Source of the DNA: an uncultured Candidatus Saccharibacteria bacterium
GTDB taxonomy: Bacteria; Patescibacteriota; Minisyncoccia; UBA6257; UBA9933
Length of the DNA: 64,000 bases
Assembly (NCBI GenBank): GCA_964428615.1
Contig: CAYRXZ010000002.1
Location: 968-64,967 of the forward strand
Direction: 5' to 3'
This document shows, piece by piece, positions 16,720 to 27,985 of this stretch. A program made the translations under genes and the position numbers. Each line of letters opens with the position of its first letter. Position 1 is the stretch's first letter. The notes under the pieces are model-generated. The model worked only from the letters and a program-made list of their open reading frames with translations, was not told the origin of the DNA and did not search any database.

Positions 16720-17781
16720 ATGAAAATTCTTGCGATTGAAACAAGCTGCGATGAAACGGCTATCGCCTTGGTAAGTGCTGATGGCGGACTAAAAAGTCCA
16801 CGTTTTAAAATTTTAGAAAATTTAGTGGCTTCGCAAATAAAAATTCACCGGCCGTTCGGGGGGGTGGTGCCAAACCTCGCTAAGCGCGAACATCAAAAGA
16901 ATCTACCGATTCTTTTTAAGCAAATACAAAATACTAAATACAAAATACAAAATACTGACCTAATCGCGGTTACGGTTGGACCGGGTTTGGAGCCGGCGCT
17001 TTGGACGGGTATCAACTTTGTTGAAGAATTAAGAATTAAGAATGAAGAATTAAGAATTGTTGGGGCGAATCATTTGTCGGGGCATTTATATAGCTTTTTG
17101 TTATCACCCGCCTTCGCTAATGCTTCGGCGAGGCAGGCAGAAAATAAACAAGGAAGTATTTTTCCAGCAGTGGCACTGGTTATAAGCGGCGGGCATACGA
17201 TTCTTTTATTAATGAAAAATTTGGCGCATTATAAAAAACTTGGGGAAACAAGAGACGACGCGGTGGGTGAGTGCTTTGATAAAGTCGCAAGATTACTCAA
17301 GCTCCCCTATCCCGGCGGGCCGGAGATTGAAAAACTTGCCAAGCTTGGCAATTCAAAAGCTATAGATTTTCCCAGGCCGATGCTTAACCAAAAAAACTAT
17401 GACTTCAGTTTTTCGGGGTTGAAAACGTCGGTATTGTATTTTTTTAGAGACAAGGAAAATGCGACATGTAAAAAGGCAGACATCGCGGCGAGTTTTCAGC
17501 AAGCGGCATTCGATGTTTTAATTAAAAAAACCCTTCGCGCCGTAGAGGAATTTGGCGCCAAATCTGTTATGATTTCAGGAGGTGTGGCGGCGAATTGTTC
17601 GCTTCGAAAAGAATTTCGAAGCGCCTTGAAACATAAAATTTGGAACTTGAAACTCAAGCCGAAATTACTTGTCACGAAATTTCCGACAGACAACGCGGCG
17701 ATGATTGCGGCGGGAGCGTATATTGATTATTTGAATAAGAAAAAATATAAATTAATCGCTAATGGGAGTTTATCACTTTAG
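16720..17781 (+). CDS. tsaD: tRNA N6-adenosine threonylcarbamoyltransferase TsaD (Kae1/Gcp family)
   Basis: MKILAIETSCDETAIALV.., metal-binding HxxGH (SGHLYS), ISGGVAANCSLR. Contains two short in-frame tandem duplications (see finding). Confidence 0.88.
   Translation: MKILAIETSCDETAIALVSADGGLKSPRFKILENLVASQIKIHRPFGGVVPNLAKREHQKNLPILFKQIQNTKYKIQNTDLIAVTVGPGLEPALWTGINFVEELRIKNEELRIVGANHLSGHLYSFLLSPAFANASARQAENKQGSIFPAVALVISGGHTILLLMKNLAHYKKLGETRDDAVGECFDKVARLLKLPYPGGPEIEKLAKLGNSKAIDFPRPMLNQKNYDFSFSGLKTSVLYFFRDKENATCKKADIAASFQQAAFDVLIKKTLRAVEEFGAKSVMISGGVAANCSLRKEFRSALKHKIWNLKLKPKLLVTKFPTDNAAMIAAGAYIDYLNKKKYKLIANGSLSL
16922..17058 (+). repeat. Two short in-frame tandem DNA duplications inside tsaD: heptamer-type (aaatac/aaaatac)n at 16922-16956 (protein IQNTKYKIQNT) and gaagaattaagaatt x2 at 17023-17058 (EELRIKNEELRI)
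   Basis: Read directly from the sequence. The DNA repeats are exact. Confidence 0.7.
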
Positions 17782-17812
17782 TGAAATATTTAAACACTAA
17801 AACACATATAAA

Positions 17813-18889
17813 ATGCTTTCACTTGTCCGACAATTTGATTGGAAATTGAATTTTGCGGTTTTATTTTTAATAGTGGCCGGACTGGCCTCTTTAGCTTCAA
17901 GCCAGCCAGATTTGTTTTGGAAGCAGCTCATTTTCGCCATTATTGGGATCCTTGTGGCCACAGCATTTCTCTTTTTTAATTGGCAAGCTTACGCAAATTA
18001 TCGAGGGGCTATTTTTTGGCTTTATACTATTTCAATTTTACTTTTACTTATTACTGAATTTTTTGCTCCTTCAATAAGGGGTACAAAAGGTTGGTTGGTT
18101 TTTGGAGATATTCATTTTCAAGTTTCGGAGTTCGCCAAGTTGGCGCTTATATTGGTGTTCGCGAAATTTTTTAGTCGGAAAAACATCGGCATCGCTAAAT
18201 TTTCAAATTTACTCGGTTCGTTTTTGTATTTTTGTGTGCCGGCAGGATTAGTAGCTCTTCAGCCGGATTTCGGTTCGGCTTTGGTGCTCTTTTGTATTTG
18301 GTTCGGCTTTCTCTTGGTAAGTGGGATAAAATATAAACATTTAATAATCGCCGTGATAATTTTTTCTATCTTAGGAGGAGTAGTTTGGAATGCGGTTTTG
18401 GAAGGTTATCAAAAAGATAGAGTTATGGGTTTTATTTTCCCCGATAGAGATCCATTGGGTGTAAATTATAATGTTATTCAGGCGAAAATCGCTATTGGTT
18501 CGGCTGGACTTTTCGGCAAGGGATTTGGTCAGGGAAGTCAGGTACAACTTGGATTTTTACCTGAGGCATCGACAGATTTTATTTTTTCAGCCTTTATTGA
18601 AGAATGGGGGACACTTGCGGGATTTTTCCTGATTTTAGTTTTTACGTTTTTGATTTTTAGGATTATTAGAATAGGATTGGATGCGGATAATAATTTTGGG
18701 CGATTTATTTGCTTGGGAACGGTGATTTTATTTGTGGTGCAATTTATTTTTAATATTGGTTCAAATTTAGGGCTGACTCCGGTTATAGGAGTCACGTTCC
18801 CATTTTTAAGTTATGGAGGTTCGAGTCTATTGACGAATTTAATTTTCATGGGTATAATCCAGTCAGTTTTTATGCGCCGTTCCATTTAA
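17813..18889 (+). CDS. SEDS-family peptidoglycan glycosyltransferase (FtsW/RodA)
   Basis: 10-TM protein. Motifs PDFGSALV, GSAGLFGKGFGQGSQ, FPFLSYGGSS. Confidence 0.85.
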   Translation: MLSLVRQFDWKLNFAVLFLIVAGLASLASSQPDLFWKQLIFAIIGILVATAFLFFNWQAYANYRGAIFWLYTISILLLLITEFFAPSIRGTKGWLVFGDIHFQVSEFAKLALILVFAKFFSRKNIGIAKFSNLLGSFLYFCVPAGLVALQPDFGSALVLFCIWFGFLLVSGIKYKHLIIAVIIFSILGGVVWNAVLEGYQKDRVMGFIFPDRDPLGVNYNVIQAKIAIGSAGLFGKGFGQGSQVQLGFLPEASTDFIFSAFIEEWGTLAGFFLILVFTFLIFRIIRIGLDADNNFGRFICLGTVILFVVQFIFNIGSNLGLTPVIGVTFPFLSYGGSSLLTNLIFMGIIQSVFMRRSI

Positions 18890-18894
18890 TTTAA

Positions 18895-19914
18895 ATGAAC
18901 AAAAATAAATTAATACCCTCGGCTTTTTTTATTTTAGCGGCTTTGGTAATCGGATGGGGACTTTTTCACGAAAAAGAATCTATAGATTTTTTAAAACTTA
19001 AAGAAGTAGAAATTAACAAGGGAATGAGTTTTGGTGAGGTTTCAAGTGAATTAAAGACGATAGGAGTTATTTCATCAGAAGTGATTTTTAAAATTTATGG
19101 TGCACTAAGTGGAGCTTTTAGAGATATAAAGCCGGGAAGATATTTTGTCCCAGAAAGTATTAGTATTTCAAAATTGATAAAAGTTTTAGTTGAAGGGCCG
19201 GAAGAAATTAAAATAATTATTCCTCCGGGGCTGACGCTTATAGAGATAAACGATAAATTAAGTGTGGCAGGAGTAATTAAACCGGGTGAATTGATAAATT
19301 TTAACATTGATAATTTAAGAGAGGAATACCCATGGTTGCCAGCTTGGAGAAAAAGCGTTATTGCCGGGCCGCTGGAAGGATTTTTAATGCCCGATACTTA
19401 TAATTTTTTTGCAGGCGCAGATATTGAATCAACAGTAAGAATATTCCTTGATAATTTTTACAAAAAGGCGGGGGGTATAGGGGGCTTGCTTTTTTTTGCG
19501 GAACAAGGTAGTGTTTTGAAAATAATCAATTTGGCTTCAATCTTGGAAAAAGAAGTGCCGGATAGTTCCGAGCGGCGTTTGGTTGCGGGTATTTTAGAAA
19601 AGAGATTATCAGTAGGAATGCCATTACAGGTTGATGCCGTTTTGGTTTATGAAAATTGCGATGGAAGATTTTTAAATTGTCCATCGCTTAATAAAAATAA
19701 TTTCAAAGAAGATTCGGCATACAATGTTTATACAAGACAAGGATTGCCGCCCGGACCGATTTCGAATCCATCAATTGACGCAATTGAAGCCGCCCTAACT
19801 CCGATAAAATCAGATTATTGGTATTATCTTTCTGACCCAAAAACAAAACAAACTATTTTTAGCAAAACATTAGACGAGCATAATGAAAATAGGGCAAAAT
19901 ATTTAAATTTGTGA
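18895..19914 (+). CDS. mltG: Endolytic murein transglycosylase MltG (YceG-like)
   Basis: N-terminal TM. YceG motifs (..GLPPGPISNPS.., E..D.. catalytic region). 339 aa. Confidence 0.8.
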   Translation: MNKNKLIPSAFFILAALVIGWGLFHEKESIDFLKLKEVEINKGMSFGEVSSELKTIGVISSEVIFKIYGALSGAFRDIKPGRYFVPESISISKLIKVLVEGPEEIKIIIPPGLTLIEINDKLSVAGVIKPGELINFNIDNLREEYPWLPAWRKSVIAGPLEGFLMPDTYNFFAGADIESTVRIFLDNFYKKAGGIGGLLFFAEQGSVLKIINLASILEKEVPDSSERRLVAGILEKRLSVGMPLQVDAVLVYENCDGRFLNCPSLNKNNFKEDSAYNVYTRQGLPPGPISNPSIDAIEAALTPIKSDYWYYLSDPKTKQTIFSKTLDEHNENRAKYLNL

Positions 19915-19923
19915 TTAATTTTG

Positions 19924-19965
19924 TTCCCGTATTTAAGGCTTAGTGTAAAACGGGGAATTTTATTT
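19924..19965 (+). terminator. Hairpin (ttcccgt...acggggaa) plus T-tract between mltG and rpoB
   Basis: 7-bp GC-containing stem with a long loop, followed by ttttattttt. Confidence 0.4.
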
Positions 19966-19967
19966 TT

Positions 19968-22900
19968 ATGAAAATGCCGACCAAAATTTTTTCATCGCAT
20001 CCGGCTCCATTTTTTGAGCAGCAATTCCTAGCGGAAATTCAAATCGCTTCATGGAATTGGTTCGTGAAAAAGGGGCTGAAAGAGCTTTTTGATGAAATTT
20101 CGCCAATACGCGATTATTCCGGAAAAGAACTTGAGCTTTATTTTTCTAATTACTTTTTTGACGAACCGAAATATGACGAAGAAACCGCGCAATATAAGGG
20201 CCTTTCTTATGAGGCTGCTTTAAGAGCGAAAGTAAAACTTGTGAACAAACATGACAAGTCGGACACCAGGGAACAAGAGGTTTATCTTGGTGATTTTCCT
20301 GTGATGACTAAGCGCGGAACCTTTATAATTAATGGAGTAGAAAGAGTTGTAGTTTCGCAACTTATTCGTTCTTCCGGGGTTTTCTTTACGGCTGATGTTT
20401 TTAAAAATAAGAAACTTTTTGGCGGAAAAATAATTCCAAATCGTGGAGCGTGGCTTGAATTTAACACGGAGTCCGATGGATTTATTAGTGTAAAAATAGA
20501 CCGGCACCGCAAAGCGCCGGTTACCGCGCTTTTTAAGATTTTCGGCATGGAGAATAACGAGCAGATATTAAAAGAATTTGCCGATGTTTCAGATGAGTTT
20601 AACTCAATAGAAGCGACGTTAAAAAAAGATGTTTCTAAAACCTCTTTAGAAGCTTATAGCGAAATTTATAAACGGCTTAGGCCAGGTGATTTAGCGACCG
20701 CCGAAAACGCCAAAAGTTTAATAGACGCTATGTTTGAAAGACTTGATCGTTATAGTCTTTCGCCTGTTGGCCGATTCAAAATAAATCAAAGACTTGGACT
20801 AAAAAATAAAGATTCACAACTTCTTAACTTAGAAGATTTAATTTTAATGGTTAAGGAAATTATTCGACTTAATAATACGCCTTCTGCAGAAGCAGATGAT
20901 ATAGACCATTTGGGAAATCGTAGAATTAGGGCGGTGGGAGAGCTTTTACAAAGCAGGCTTTATGTCGGTTTTGCAAGGCTTCGCAGAATAATTCAAGATA
21001 GAATGTCTACGCTTGAAGAGGAAAATTTGACTCCGCTCCAGCTTATAAATGCCAGACCATTGGTGGCGGTAGTGAAAGAATTCTTCTCTTCTTCTCAGCT
21101 TTCGCAATTTATGGATCAGGTTAATCCTCTTGCCGAACTTGAACATAAACGCCGACTTTCCGCTATGGGTCCAGGGGGTTTAACTAGAGAACGCGCGGGT
21201 TTTGAAGTTCGCGATGTTCATAGCTCTTATTATGGAAGAATTTGCCCAATTGAAACTCCAGAGGGTCAAAACATCGGTCTTATCAGCCATTTGGCAAACT
21301 ATTCTCGTTTGAATGAGTATGGATTTTTGGAAACTCCTTATTTCCCTGTTAAGAATGGGAAAATTGGAGCGGATGTGGTTTGGATGAATGCCTTGGATGA
21401 AGAAAAATATAAAATTGCGCAGGGGAGTACAAGATTGGATAATAATGGAAAAATAGCTGATGAAATAGTTAATATTAGATTAAATAATCAGCCGACTGTG
21501 GTTAAAAAAGAAGAGGTTGAATATATAGATGTTTCATATAATCAAATTATGGCCGTTGCTCCGTCGCTTATTCCTTTTTTAGAACATGATGACGCGAATA
21601 GAGCGTTAATGGGTTCGAATATGCAGAGACAAGCGGTTCCTCCAATAAGGCCGCAGGCACCTTTAGTTTCAACAGGGATAGAAGAAAAAGCCGCGTTTGA
21701 TTCAGGCAGATTAATTATTGCTGAGGCTGATGGAATTGTTGTGGAAGTTGATGGTAGAGGAATCACAATTGAAGAAAATAACGGTAAAAAGAAAAATTAT
21801 ATAGTTCATAAATTCCAGCGTTCAAATTATTACACTTCAATTTCAGAAAGACCGTTGGTAAAAAAAGGCGCAAAAGTAAAGAAAGGGGATGTCTTGGCGG
21901 ATTGTTCTTCTTCGGAAGACGGTGTTTTAGCTTTAGGACAAAATCTTTTAGTGGCCTTTACTCCATGGGAAGGAGCAAACTTTGAAGACGCTATAATTCT
22001 TTCAGAGCGTGTAAGAGGAAATGATATTTTTAGTTCAATATATATAGAAGATTTTTATTGCGATATTCGTGATACTAAACTTGGACCGGAATTAACGACT
22101 CCAGATATTCCGAATGTGCCGGAAGATAGGCTTAAAAATTTGGATGAAGAAGGAATAATTAGAATCGGCGCCGAAGTTAGAGCCGGTGATATTTTAGTTG
22201 GAAAAATTTCTCCTAAAGGAGAGGTGGAGATGACATCAGAAGAAAAACTTTTGCGTGCGGTTTTTGGCGAAAAAGTTGCTGATGTGCGCGATACTTCTTT
22301 GGTTTTGCCACACGGAAAATCAGGGAGAATTGTCGGGATAAAAATATTCTTAAGAGATCATGGCGATAAACTTGAACCGGGCGTAATCAAAAGAATTCAA
22401 GTTGATATTGCTCAATTAAGAAAAGTGCGCGCCGGAGACAAACTTGCCGGACGCCATGGAAACAAAGGTGTTATTTCACAAGTTCGGCCGGTTGAAGATA
22501 TGCCGTATCTTGAAGACGGTACTCCGGTAGATATTATATTAAATCCACTTGGTATTGCTTCCCGTATGAATTTGGGACAGGTTCTGGAAACGCATTTGGG
22601 TATGGCTGCTAAAAAACTTGGTTATCGCGCAATTACTCCGGTTTTTGTCGGCGCCACAGAAAAGCAGATAAAGGAGGAGCTTAAGAAGGCGAATTTGCCG
22701 GAAACCGGTAAGATGATTGCTTACGATGGTAGAACAGGAAAGCCGTTCCCTTGTCCAATTACTGTGGGTTATATATATATGTTGAAACTTAATCATTTAG
22801 TTGAAGATAAAATCCATATGCGCTCTACCGGACCGTACTCACTTATTACTCAACAGCCACTTGGCGGAAAGGCTCAATTTGGAGGCCAGCGTTTTGGAGA

Positions 22901-23156
22901 AATGGAAGTGTGGGCTCTTGAAGGTTATGGCGCAGCACATACGCTTCAGGAAATGCTTACGATAAAATCAGATGATATTTTTGGCCGTGGCGCAGCATTT
23001 GAATCAATTATTCGTGGAGAAAAAATTAAAAATCCCAGCACACCTTCAGCATTCAATGTCTTGGTTAGTGAAATAAAAGCTTTGGGGCTTGGAGTAGAAA
23101 CGATTATGGGAGAAGAAAAGCCGCGAAGATTAATTAAAGAAGAAGATAAAGAATAA
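19968..23156 (+). CDS. rpoB: DNA-directed RNA polymerase beta subunit
   Basis: 1062 aa. Rifampicin-cluster and catalytic regions recognisable (..GPGGLTRERAGFEVRDVH.., NMQRQAVP, RFGEMEVWALE). Confidence 0.97.
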   Translation: MKMPTKIFSSHPAPFFEQQFLAEIQIASWNWFVKKGLKELFDEISPIRDYSGKELELYFSNYFFDEPKYDEETAQYKGLSYEAALRAKVKLVNKHDKSDTREQEVYLGDFPVMTKRGTFIINGVERVVVSQLIRSSGVFFTADVFKNKKLFGGKIIPNRGAWLEFNTESDGFISVKIDRHRKAPVTALFKIFGMENNEQILKEFADVSDEFNSIEATLKKDVSKTSLEAYSEIYKRLRPGDLATAENAKSLIDAMFERLDRYSLSPVGRFKINQRLGLKNKDSQLLNLEDLILMVKEIIRLNNTPSAEADDIDHLGNRRIRAVGELLQSRLYVGFARLRRIIQDRMSTLEEENLTPLQLINARPLVAVVKEFFSSSQLSQFMDQVNPLAELEHKRRLSAMGPGGLTRERAGFEVRDVHSSYYGRICPIETPEGQNIGLISHLANYSRLNEYGFLETPYFPVKNGKIGADVVWMNALDEEKYKIAQGSTRLDNNGKIADEIVNIRLNNQPTVVKKEEVEYIDVSYNQIMAVAPSLIPFLEHDDANRALMGSNMQRQAVPPIRPQAPLVSTGIEEKAAFDSGRLIIAEADGIVVEVDGRGITIEENNGKKKNYIVHKFQRSNYYTSISERPLVKKGAKVKKGDVLADCSSSEDGVLALGQNLLVAFTPWEGANFEDAIILSERVRGNDIFSSIYIEDFYCDIRDTKLGPELTTPDIPNVPEDRLKNLDEEGIIRIGAEVRAGDILVGKISPKGEVEMTSEEKLLRAVFGEKVADVRDTSLVLPHGKSGRIVGIKIFLRDHGDKLEPGVIKRIQVDIAQLRKVRAGDKLAGRHGNKGVISQVRPVEDMPYLEDGTPVDIILNPLGIASRMNLGQVLETHLGMAAKKLGYRAITPVFVGATEKQIKEELKKANLPETGKMIAYDGRTGKPFPCPITVGYIYMLKLNHLVEDKIHMRSTGPYSLITQQPLGGKAQFGGQRFGEMEVWALEGYGAAHTLQEMLTIKSDDIFGRGAAFESIIRGEKIKNPSTPSAFNVLVSEIKALGLGVETIMGEEKPRRLIKEEDKE

Positions 23157-23163
23157 TAAAAAA

Positions 23164-26100
23164 ATGTTAGAAATAAATGCTTTAAAAATAAAAATAGCGT
23201 CGCCCGAAGAAATTCTTTCATGGTCTCATGGAGAGGTTTTAAAAGCGGAAACAATCAATTATCGGAGCCAGCGCCCTGAAAAAGACGGACTTTTTTCCGA
23301 GCGGATTTTTGGTCCGACAAAAGATTACGAATGTTATTGTGGAAAATACAAAAGAGTTCGTTATAAAGACATTGTTTGTGATCGTTGTGGCGTGGAAGTA
23401 ACTCGCTCCTCTGTTCGTCGTGAAAGGATGGGGCATATTAAATTAGCGACTCCAGTGGCGCATATTTGGTTTTTAAGAACAATTCCTTCAAAAATAGGAT
23501 TGTTTTTGAATTCACCTCTTCAAAAGTTGGAAAAAGTTATTTATTACGCCGCATATATTGTTACCAAGGTAAATGAAGAGAATAAAAAATTAGCGTTAGA
23601 AGAACTTGAACGCGAACTTCGTTCAAAAAAGAAAAACTCTTCGTCAAAAGATAATAAAAGTGATCTTGAAAGTGCGGCTTCCGATGTTAGAGATATCATT
23701 CTTTCACTTAAACCCGGAAAAATTTTAACTGAAAACGAATATTTTAGTCTGGCAAAAAGATTTGGCAGTGTTTTTGAGGCAGGTAGTGGAGCTGAAGCAG
23801 TTAAAAAGATATTAGAAGGCATTGATTTGAAAAAAGAGGCAGCAAAAATAGAGAAAGAGCTTGCAGATATAAAAGACATTAGCCGTGAACGCTATTTGCT
23901 TTATAGGCTTAAGTTGATGAAGTCTTTTATAAAAAATAAAAATAGGCCTGAATGGATGGTTATGACTGTTTTGCCGATTTTGCCGCCGGATTTACGGCCG
24001 ATGGTTGCCTTGGATGGAGGTAGATTTGCCACATCCGATCTTAATGATTTATATCGCCGAGTTATAAACCGTAATAATCGCTTAAAAAAATTAATAGAGC
24101 TGAAGGCGCCGGAAATTATCGTCACTAATGAAAAAAGGATGTTACAGGAATCAATAGATGCCCTAATAGACAATACCGCCAGATTTGGTAATCAGCCGCA
24201 ACTTTCAAGCCAGCGCCGGCCATTACGTTCTCTTGCGGACATGCTTAAGGGAAAACAGGGCAGATTCCGCCAAAACCTACTTGGAAAACGCGTTGATTAT
24301 TCCGGACGTTCGGTTATCGCCGTCGGTCCTGATTTAAAACTTAATGAATGCGGTTTGCCTAAAAAAATGGCATTGGAAATTTTTAAACCCTTTGTCATTA
24401 ATAAAATAATTGAGCGAGGTATGGCCCATAATATCAGAAATGCCAACCATTTAATAGAAGCTGCTACGCCGGAAATCTGGGAAATTTTAGAAGAAGTTAT
24501 TGCCGGTAAGAAAGTGCTTTTAAACCGCGCGCCGACACTTCACAGGCTTGGCATTCAAGCGTTTAAACCGATATTAATAGAAGATTTATGTATAAGAATC
24601 CCGCCGATGGTTTGTACTGCCTTTAATGCCGACTTTGACGGAGACCAAATGGCTGTTCATTTGCCTTTAACAGAAGAAGCCCAAAAAGAAGCGAGCGAAT
24701 TAATGCTCGCCTCGGGAAATATTTTAAAGCCGGCAACCGGTGAGCCGGTTATTACCCCCTCGCAGGATATTGTTTTGGGTTGTTATTATTTAACTAAAAT
24801 TGTCGAAGAAGATAGCGTAAAAGAAGGAGAAGAAAAAGTTTTTGTTGATATTGATGAGGCGATGATGGCTTATGAATTTGGCTACATTAAAATAAATGAA
24901 TATATTAGAGTAGGCAGAATTATTGGAGAAGAAAAATTAGTAAGAACCAGTGTTGGCAGGCTTATTTTTAATTCCATTTTACCGAAAGGTTTTAACTTTG
25001 TTAATAAAGTAATGGCAAAGAAAGAGCTTCAGAAGTTCATAATGGAATTAATAGAGAAGTATAAGCTTAATAAAGTTTGGGAGATTTTAGATGAAATAAA
25101 AAAACTTGGATTTTATTGGGCAACTATTTCCGGTATCAGTTGGGGAATGGATGATTTAAGTGTCCCGCCGGAAAAAAAGAAATTATTTGAGGAAGCAGAG
25201 AAAGAAATAGTTAAAATAAAAGAACAATATGGAGACGGCCTTTTGACCGCTTCGGAGTCAAGAATAAAAACAATTGAAATTTGGGAAAAAACAATTATTG
25301 CGGTTGGTAAGCAAGTTGCCGCCTCTTTTAATAAGCGAAGCCCGGTTTTTTCAATTATTGAATCTGGCGCAAGAGGAAGTTGGTCGCAACCGATTCAGAT
25401 GGCGGGTATGAAAGGATTAGTTGCGAATCCAAAAGGAGAAACAATAGAATTGCCGATTAAAGCGTCTTATAAAGAAGGGTTAAGCGTTTTAGAGTTTTTT
25501 ATTAATACCCATGGCGCTAGAAAAGGATTGATTGATACTGCTTTAAAAACTGCTTCTGCCGGATATCTGACAAGGCGCTTGGTTGATGTTTCGCAAGACT
25601 TGGTTATCAGAGAAAGAGATTGTAGAACAAAAGAATCAATAGAAGTTTTGAGAGTTGACGGCGATGCTTTTGGATATAATTTTGGCCAAAGGCTCATTAG
25701 CCGTACTACTGCGGATGATATTAAAGATGGGAAGAAAATAATAGTGAAAGCCGGGGAAATAATTGATCGTGAAAATGCGGAGATTATTAGTAAATCGGAA
25801 ATTAAATCCATTAGGTTGCGTTCACCAATAACATGTAAGACTCTTTATGGCATTTGTTCTAAATGTTACGGCTCTGACCTTGGAAAAAACAAGCCGGTAA
25901 AAATAGGCGAGGCGGTTGGAGTTATCGCTGCACAATCAATTGGAGAGCCTGGTACTCAGCTTACATTGAGAACTTTCCACACAGGAGGAACTGCCGGTAT
26001 TGATATTACACATGGTTTGCCGAGGGTTCAGGAACTTTTTGAAGTTAGAATTCCAAAAGGAAAGGCTCCTTTAGCTGAAGCTGATGGAATGATAGAGGAG

Positions 26101-26763
26101 ATAGAAGAAAAAGAAAATTTGAAAATAATAAAATTGAAAATCTTAAAGCCGGGCAAGACGACTAAAGGCGCAAAAAAAGCTAAAGAAAAAATAGTAGAAT
26201 ATATCATCCCGCGCGCCAACACTCTTTTTATAGAAACAGGTCAAACAGTTGAAAAAGGATACCAGCTTTGCGAAGGCTCAATAGAATTAAAAGAACTTTT
26301 CAATTTGAAGGGGCGCGAGGCGGTTGAAAGGTATGTTATAAATGAAGTTCAAAAGATTTACGTTTCCGAAGGAACAAATATAAGCGATAAACACATTGAA
26401 ATTATTATCAAAAAAATGTTTTCTCGCGTTATGATAAAAAGCCTAGGAGCCACAGATTTTGTAATGGGCGAAATAGTGGAAAAGTCGAAATTTCTTGAAG
26501 CTAATCGTGAGGTTAAGCGCAAAGGAAAAGAATTGGCGCGCGCAAAACAACTCTTAACAGGTATAACAAAAACCGCTCTTTCAACAGAGAGTTTCTTATC
26601 TTCCGCCTCGTTCCAAGAAACTGCGAGGGTTTTAGTGCTTGCTGCTTCAGAAGGAAGAATAGATAATTTGAGAGGATTGAAGGAAAATGTTATTATTGGT
26701 CGATTGATTCCGGCGGGCACAGGGTTTAGAGATGATTTGACTAATAGTCATGAAAAAGATTAA
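23164..26763 (+). CDS. rpoC: DNA-directed RNA polymerase beta' subunit
   Basis: Zinc-finger [19 protein letters not shown] catalytic motif, trigger-loop and bridge-helix regions. 1199 aa. Confidence 0.97.
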   Translation: MLEINALKIKIASPEEILSWSHGEVLKAETINYRSQRPEKDGLFSERIFGPTKDYECYCGKYKRVRYKDIVCDRCGVEVTRSSVRRERMGHIKLATPVAHIWFLRTIPSKIGLFLNSPLQKLEKVIYYAAYIVTKVNEENKKLALEELERELRSKKKNSSSKDNKSDLESAASDVRDIILSLKPGKILTENEYFSLAKRFGSVFEAGSGAEAVKKILEGIDLKKEAAKIEKELADIKDISRERYLLYRLKLMKSFIKNKNRPEWMVMTVLPILPPDLRPMVALDGGRFATSDLNDLYRRVINRNNRLKKLIELKAPEIIVTNEKRMLQESIDALIDNTARFGNQPQLSSQRRPLRSLADMLKGKQGRFRQNLLGKRVDYSGRSVIAVGPDLKLNECGLPKKMALEIFKPFVINKIIERGMAHNIRNANHLIEAATPEIWEILEEVIAGKKVLLNRAPTLHRLGIQAFKPILIEDLCIRIPPMVCTAFNADFDGDQMAVHLPLTEEAQKEASELMLASGNILKPATGEPVITPSQDIVLGCYYLTKIVEEDSVKEGEEKVFVDIDEAMMAYEFGYIKINEYIRVGRIIGEEKLVRTSVGRLIFNSILPKGFNFVNKVMAKKELQKFIMELIEKYKLNKVWEILDEIKKLGFYWATISGISWGMDDLSVPPEKKKLFEEAEKEIVKIKEQYGDGLLTASESRIKTIEIWEKTIIAVGKQVAASFNKRSPVFSIIESGARGSWSQPIQMAGMKGLVANPKGETIELPIKASYKEGLSVLEFFINTHGARKGLIDTALKTASAGYLTRRLVDVSQDLVIRERDCRTKESIEVLRVDGDAFGYNFGQRLISRTTADDIKDGKKIIVKAGEIIDRENAEIISKSEIKSIRLRSPITCKTLYGICSKCYGSDLGKNKPVKIGEAVGVIAAQSIGEPGTQLTLRTFHTGGTAGIDITHGLPRVQELFEVRIPKGKAPLAEADGMIEEIEEKENLKIIKLKILKPGKTTKGAKKAKEKIVEYIIPRANTLFIETGQTVEKGYQLCEGSIELKELFNLKGREAVERYVINEVQKIYVSEGTNISDKHIEIIIKKMFSRVMIKSLGATDFVMGEIVEKSKFLEANREVKRKGKELARAKQLLTGITKTALSTESFLSSASFQETARVLVLAASEGRIDNLRGLKENVIIGRLIPAGTGFRDDLTNSHEKD

Positions 26764-26782
26764 TATAAGGTGAATATAAATT

Positions 26783-27235
26783 ATGTCTGAAGAAATAAAA
26801 AATTACGAAATAGGCTTTTTGTTGAAATCTGAAGAGGACCGTAAGATTATTTTTAGCGTTATTGAAAGCGCGGGGTTTAATCTTTTAAATGAAGGATTGA
26901 TATCAAATGTTAAACTTGCCTATCCAATAAAGAAGCAAAATTTTGCCCAATTTGGCTATGTTTATTTTTCAGCAGAACCAGACAAAATAGAGGAATTTAA
27001 GAAAGATTTAAGTATGGCACCGGCTGTTTTGAGATTTACGGTTTTCGCCGATCCTGTCATTAAAATAAAAGAAGACGAAGCGCGTGCCGAAAAAAAATAT
27101 TTCGAAAGCGAAAAACATGTGAATATTCAAGAGGCGCAGCCGGTAAAAGAAAGAAGACAAACTGTAAAATCACAAAAAGTTGAAACTTTAACCAATGAGG
27201 ATTTAGAGAGAAAATTAGAAGAAATATTGAAATAA
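26783..27235 (+). CDS. rpsF: 30S ribosomal protein S6 with C-terminal charged extension
   Basis: YEIGFLL...KLAYPIKKQNFAQFGYVYF pattern. rpsF-ssb-rpsR operon context. Confidence 0.8.
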   Translation: MSEEIKNYEIGFLLKSEEDRKIIFSVIESAGFNLLNEGLISNVKLAYPIKKQNFAQFGYVYFSAEPDKIEEFKKDLSMAPAVLRFTVFADPVIKIKEDEARAEKKYFESEKHVNIQEAQPVKERRQTVKSQKVETLTNEDLERKLEEILK

Positions 27236-27239
27236 AGAT

Positions 27240-27692
27240 ATGGATTTAAATAAAGTTTTTGTTCTTGGTAGATTAACAGCGGACCCGCAATTAAGGTCTA
27301 CACCAACAGGACAGCAAGTTACAAGTTTTGGCGTGGCTACAAATAGGGTTTGGAATGATAAAAGTGGAATTAAGCAGCAGGAAGTAGAGTTTCACAATAT
27401 TGTGCTTTGGGGCAGGCAGGCGGAAATAGTTACTCAATTTTTAACTAAGGGGAGTATGATATTAATAGAAGGTAGATTAAGAACAAGAACTTGGCAAAAC
27501 CAGCAAGGGCAAACAATGAGAACAACTGAGATTATTGGAGAAAGAATTCAGTTAGGGCCAAGACCAATGGGGCAAGGCCAGCCAAAAGATTCTTCAGGTT
27601 CGGCAAAAGAAGGTTTTTCTTCGCCGAAAAACGATTTGCCCGAAATAAATATAGATGAAGAAGAAATAACAGCGGAAGATCTTCCATTTTAA
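27240..27692 (+). CDS. ssb: Single-stranded DNA-binding protein
   Basis: OB-fold (NKVFVLGRLTADPQLRSTPTGQQV...HNIVLWGRQAE) and acidic C-terminal tip ..EEITAEDLPF. Confidence 0.92.
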   Translation: MDLNKVFVLGRLTADPQLRSTPTGQQVTSFGVATNRVWNDKSGIKQQEVEFHNIVLWGRQAEIVTQFLTKGSMILIEGRLRTRTWQNQQGQTMRTTEIIGERIQLGPRPMGQGQPKDSSGSAKEGFSSPKNDLPEINIDEEEITAEDLPF

Positions 27693-27697
27693 AAAAT

Positions 27698-27895
27698 ATG
27701 CAATGTTTTTTCTGTTCGCAAAATTCAAAAACGATAGATTATAAAGAAGTTGAAATACTTAAAAGGCTTGTTTCTTCGCAGGGTAAAATTATTGACCCTC
27801 GGTATACTGGCGCTTGCGCCAAGCACCAAAGGATGATAAGTAACGCTATAAAAAGAGCGAGAATAATGGGATTGTTGCCGTTTGTTAAGCGGTAA
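27698..27895 (+). CDS. rpsR: 30S ribosomal protein S18
   Basis: IDYKEVEILKRLVSSQGKII..R.TG.CAKHQR.ISNAIKRAR.MGLLPF. Confidence 0.92.
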   Translation: MQCFFCSQNSKTIDYKEVEILKRLVSSQGKIIDPRYTGACAKHQRMISNAIKRARIMGLLPFVKR

Positions 27896-27925
27896 AAATT
27901 ACAAAAAATAAAACTTTTGATAAAA

Positions 27926-27969
27926 AACGGGGTTGCAAATACAATAAGCTTTGCAATTCCGTTTTTTTA
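27926..27969 (+). terminator. Intrinsic terminator after rpsR (aacggggttgcaaa...tttgcaattccgtt + TTTTTT)
   Basis: 13-bp stem containing G-U pairs, then a T6 tract. The recA promoter-like tatagtataat follows. Confidence 0.5.
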
Positions 27970-27985
27970 TCTTTTATAGTATAAT

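Noticed and set aside
16922-17058. CRISPR-like repeats
   Set aside because: The only tandem repeats seen are short coding-region duplications in tsaD. There are no regularly spaced 25-40-bp repeats with unique spacers and no cas genes anywhere in the window.
20220-26720. Numerous 60-120-aa ORFs antisense to rpoB and rpoC (for example 20220-20507, 20282-20548, 23544-23879, 26358-26720)
   Set aside because: They are embedded in, and antisense to, strongly supported essential genes, and show no domain-like sequence. They are typical spurious ORFs.
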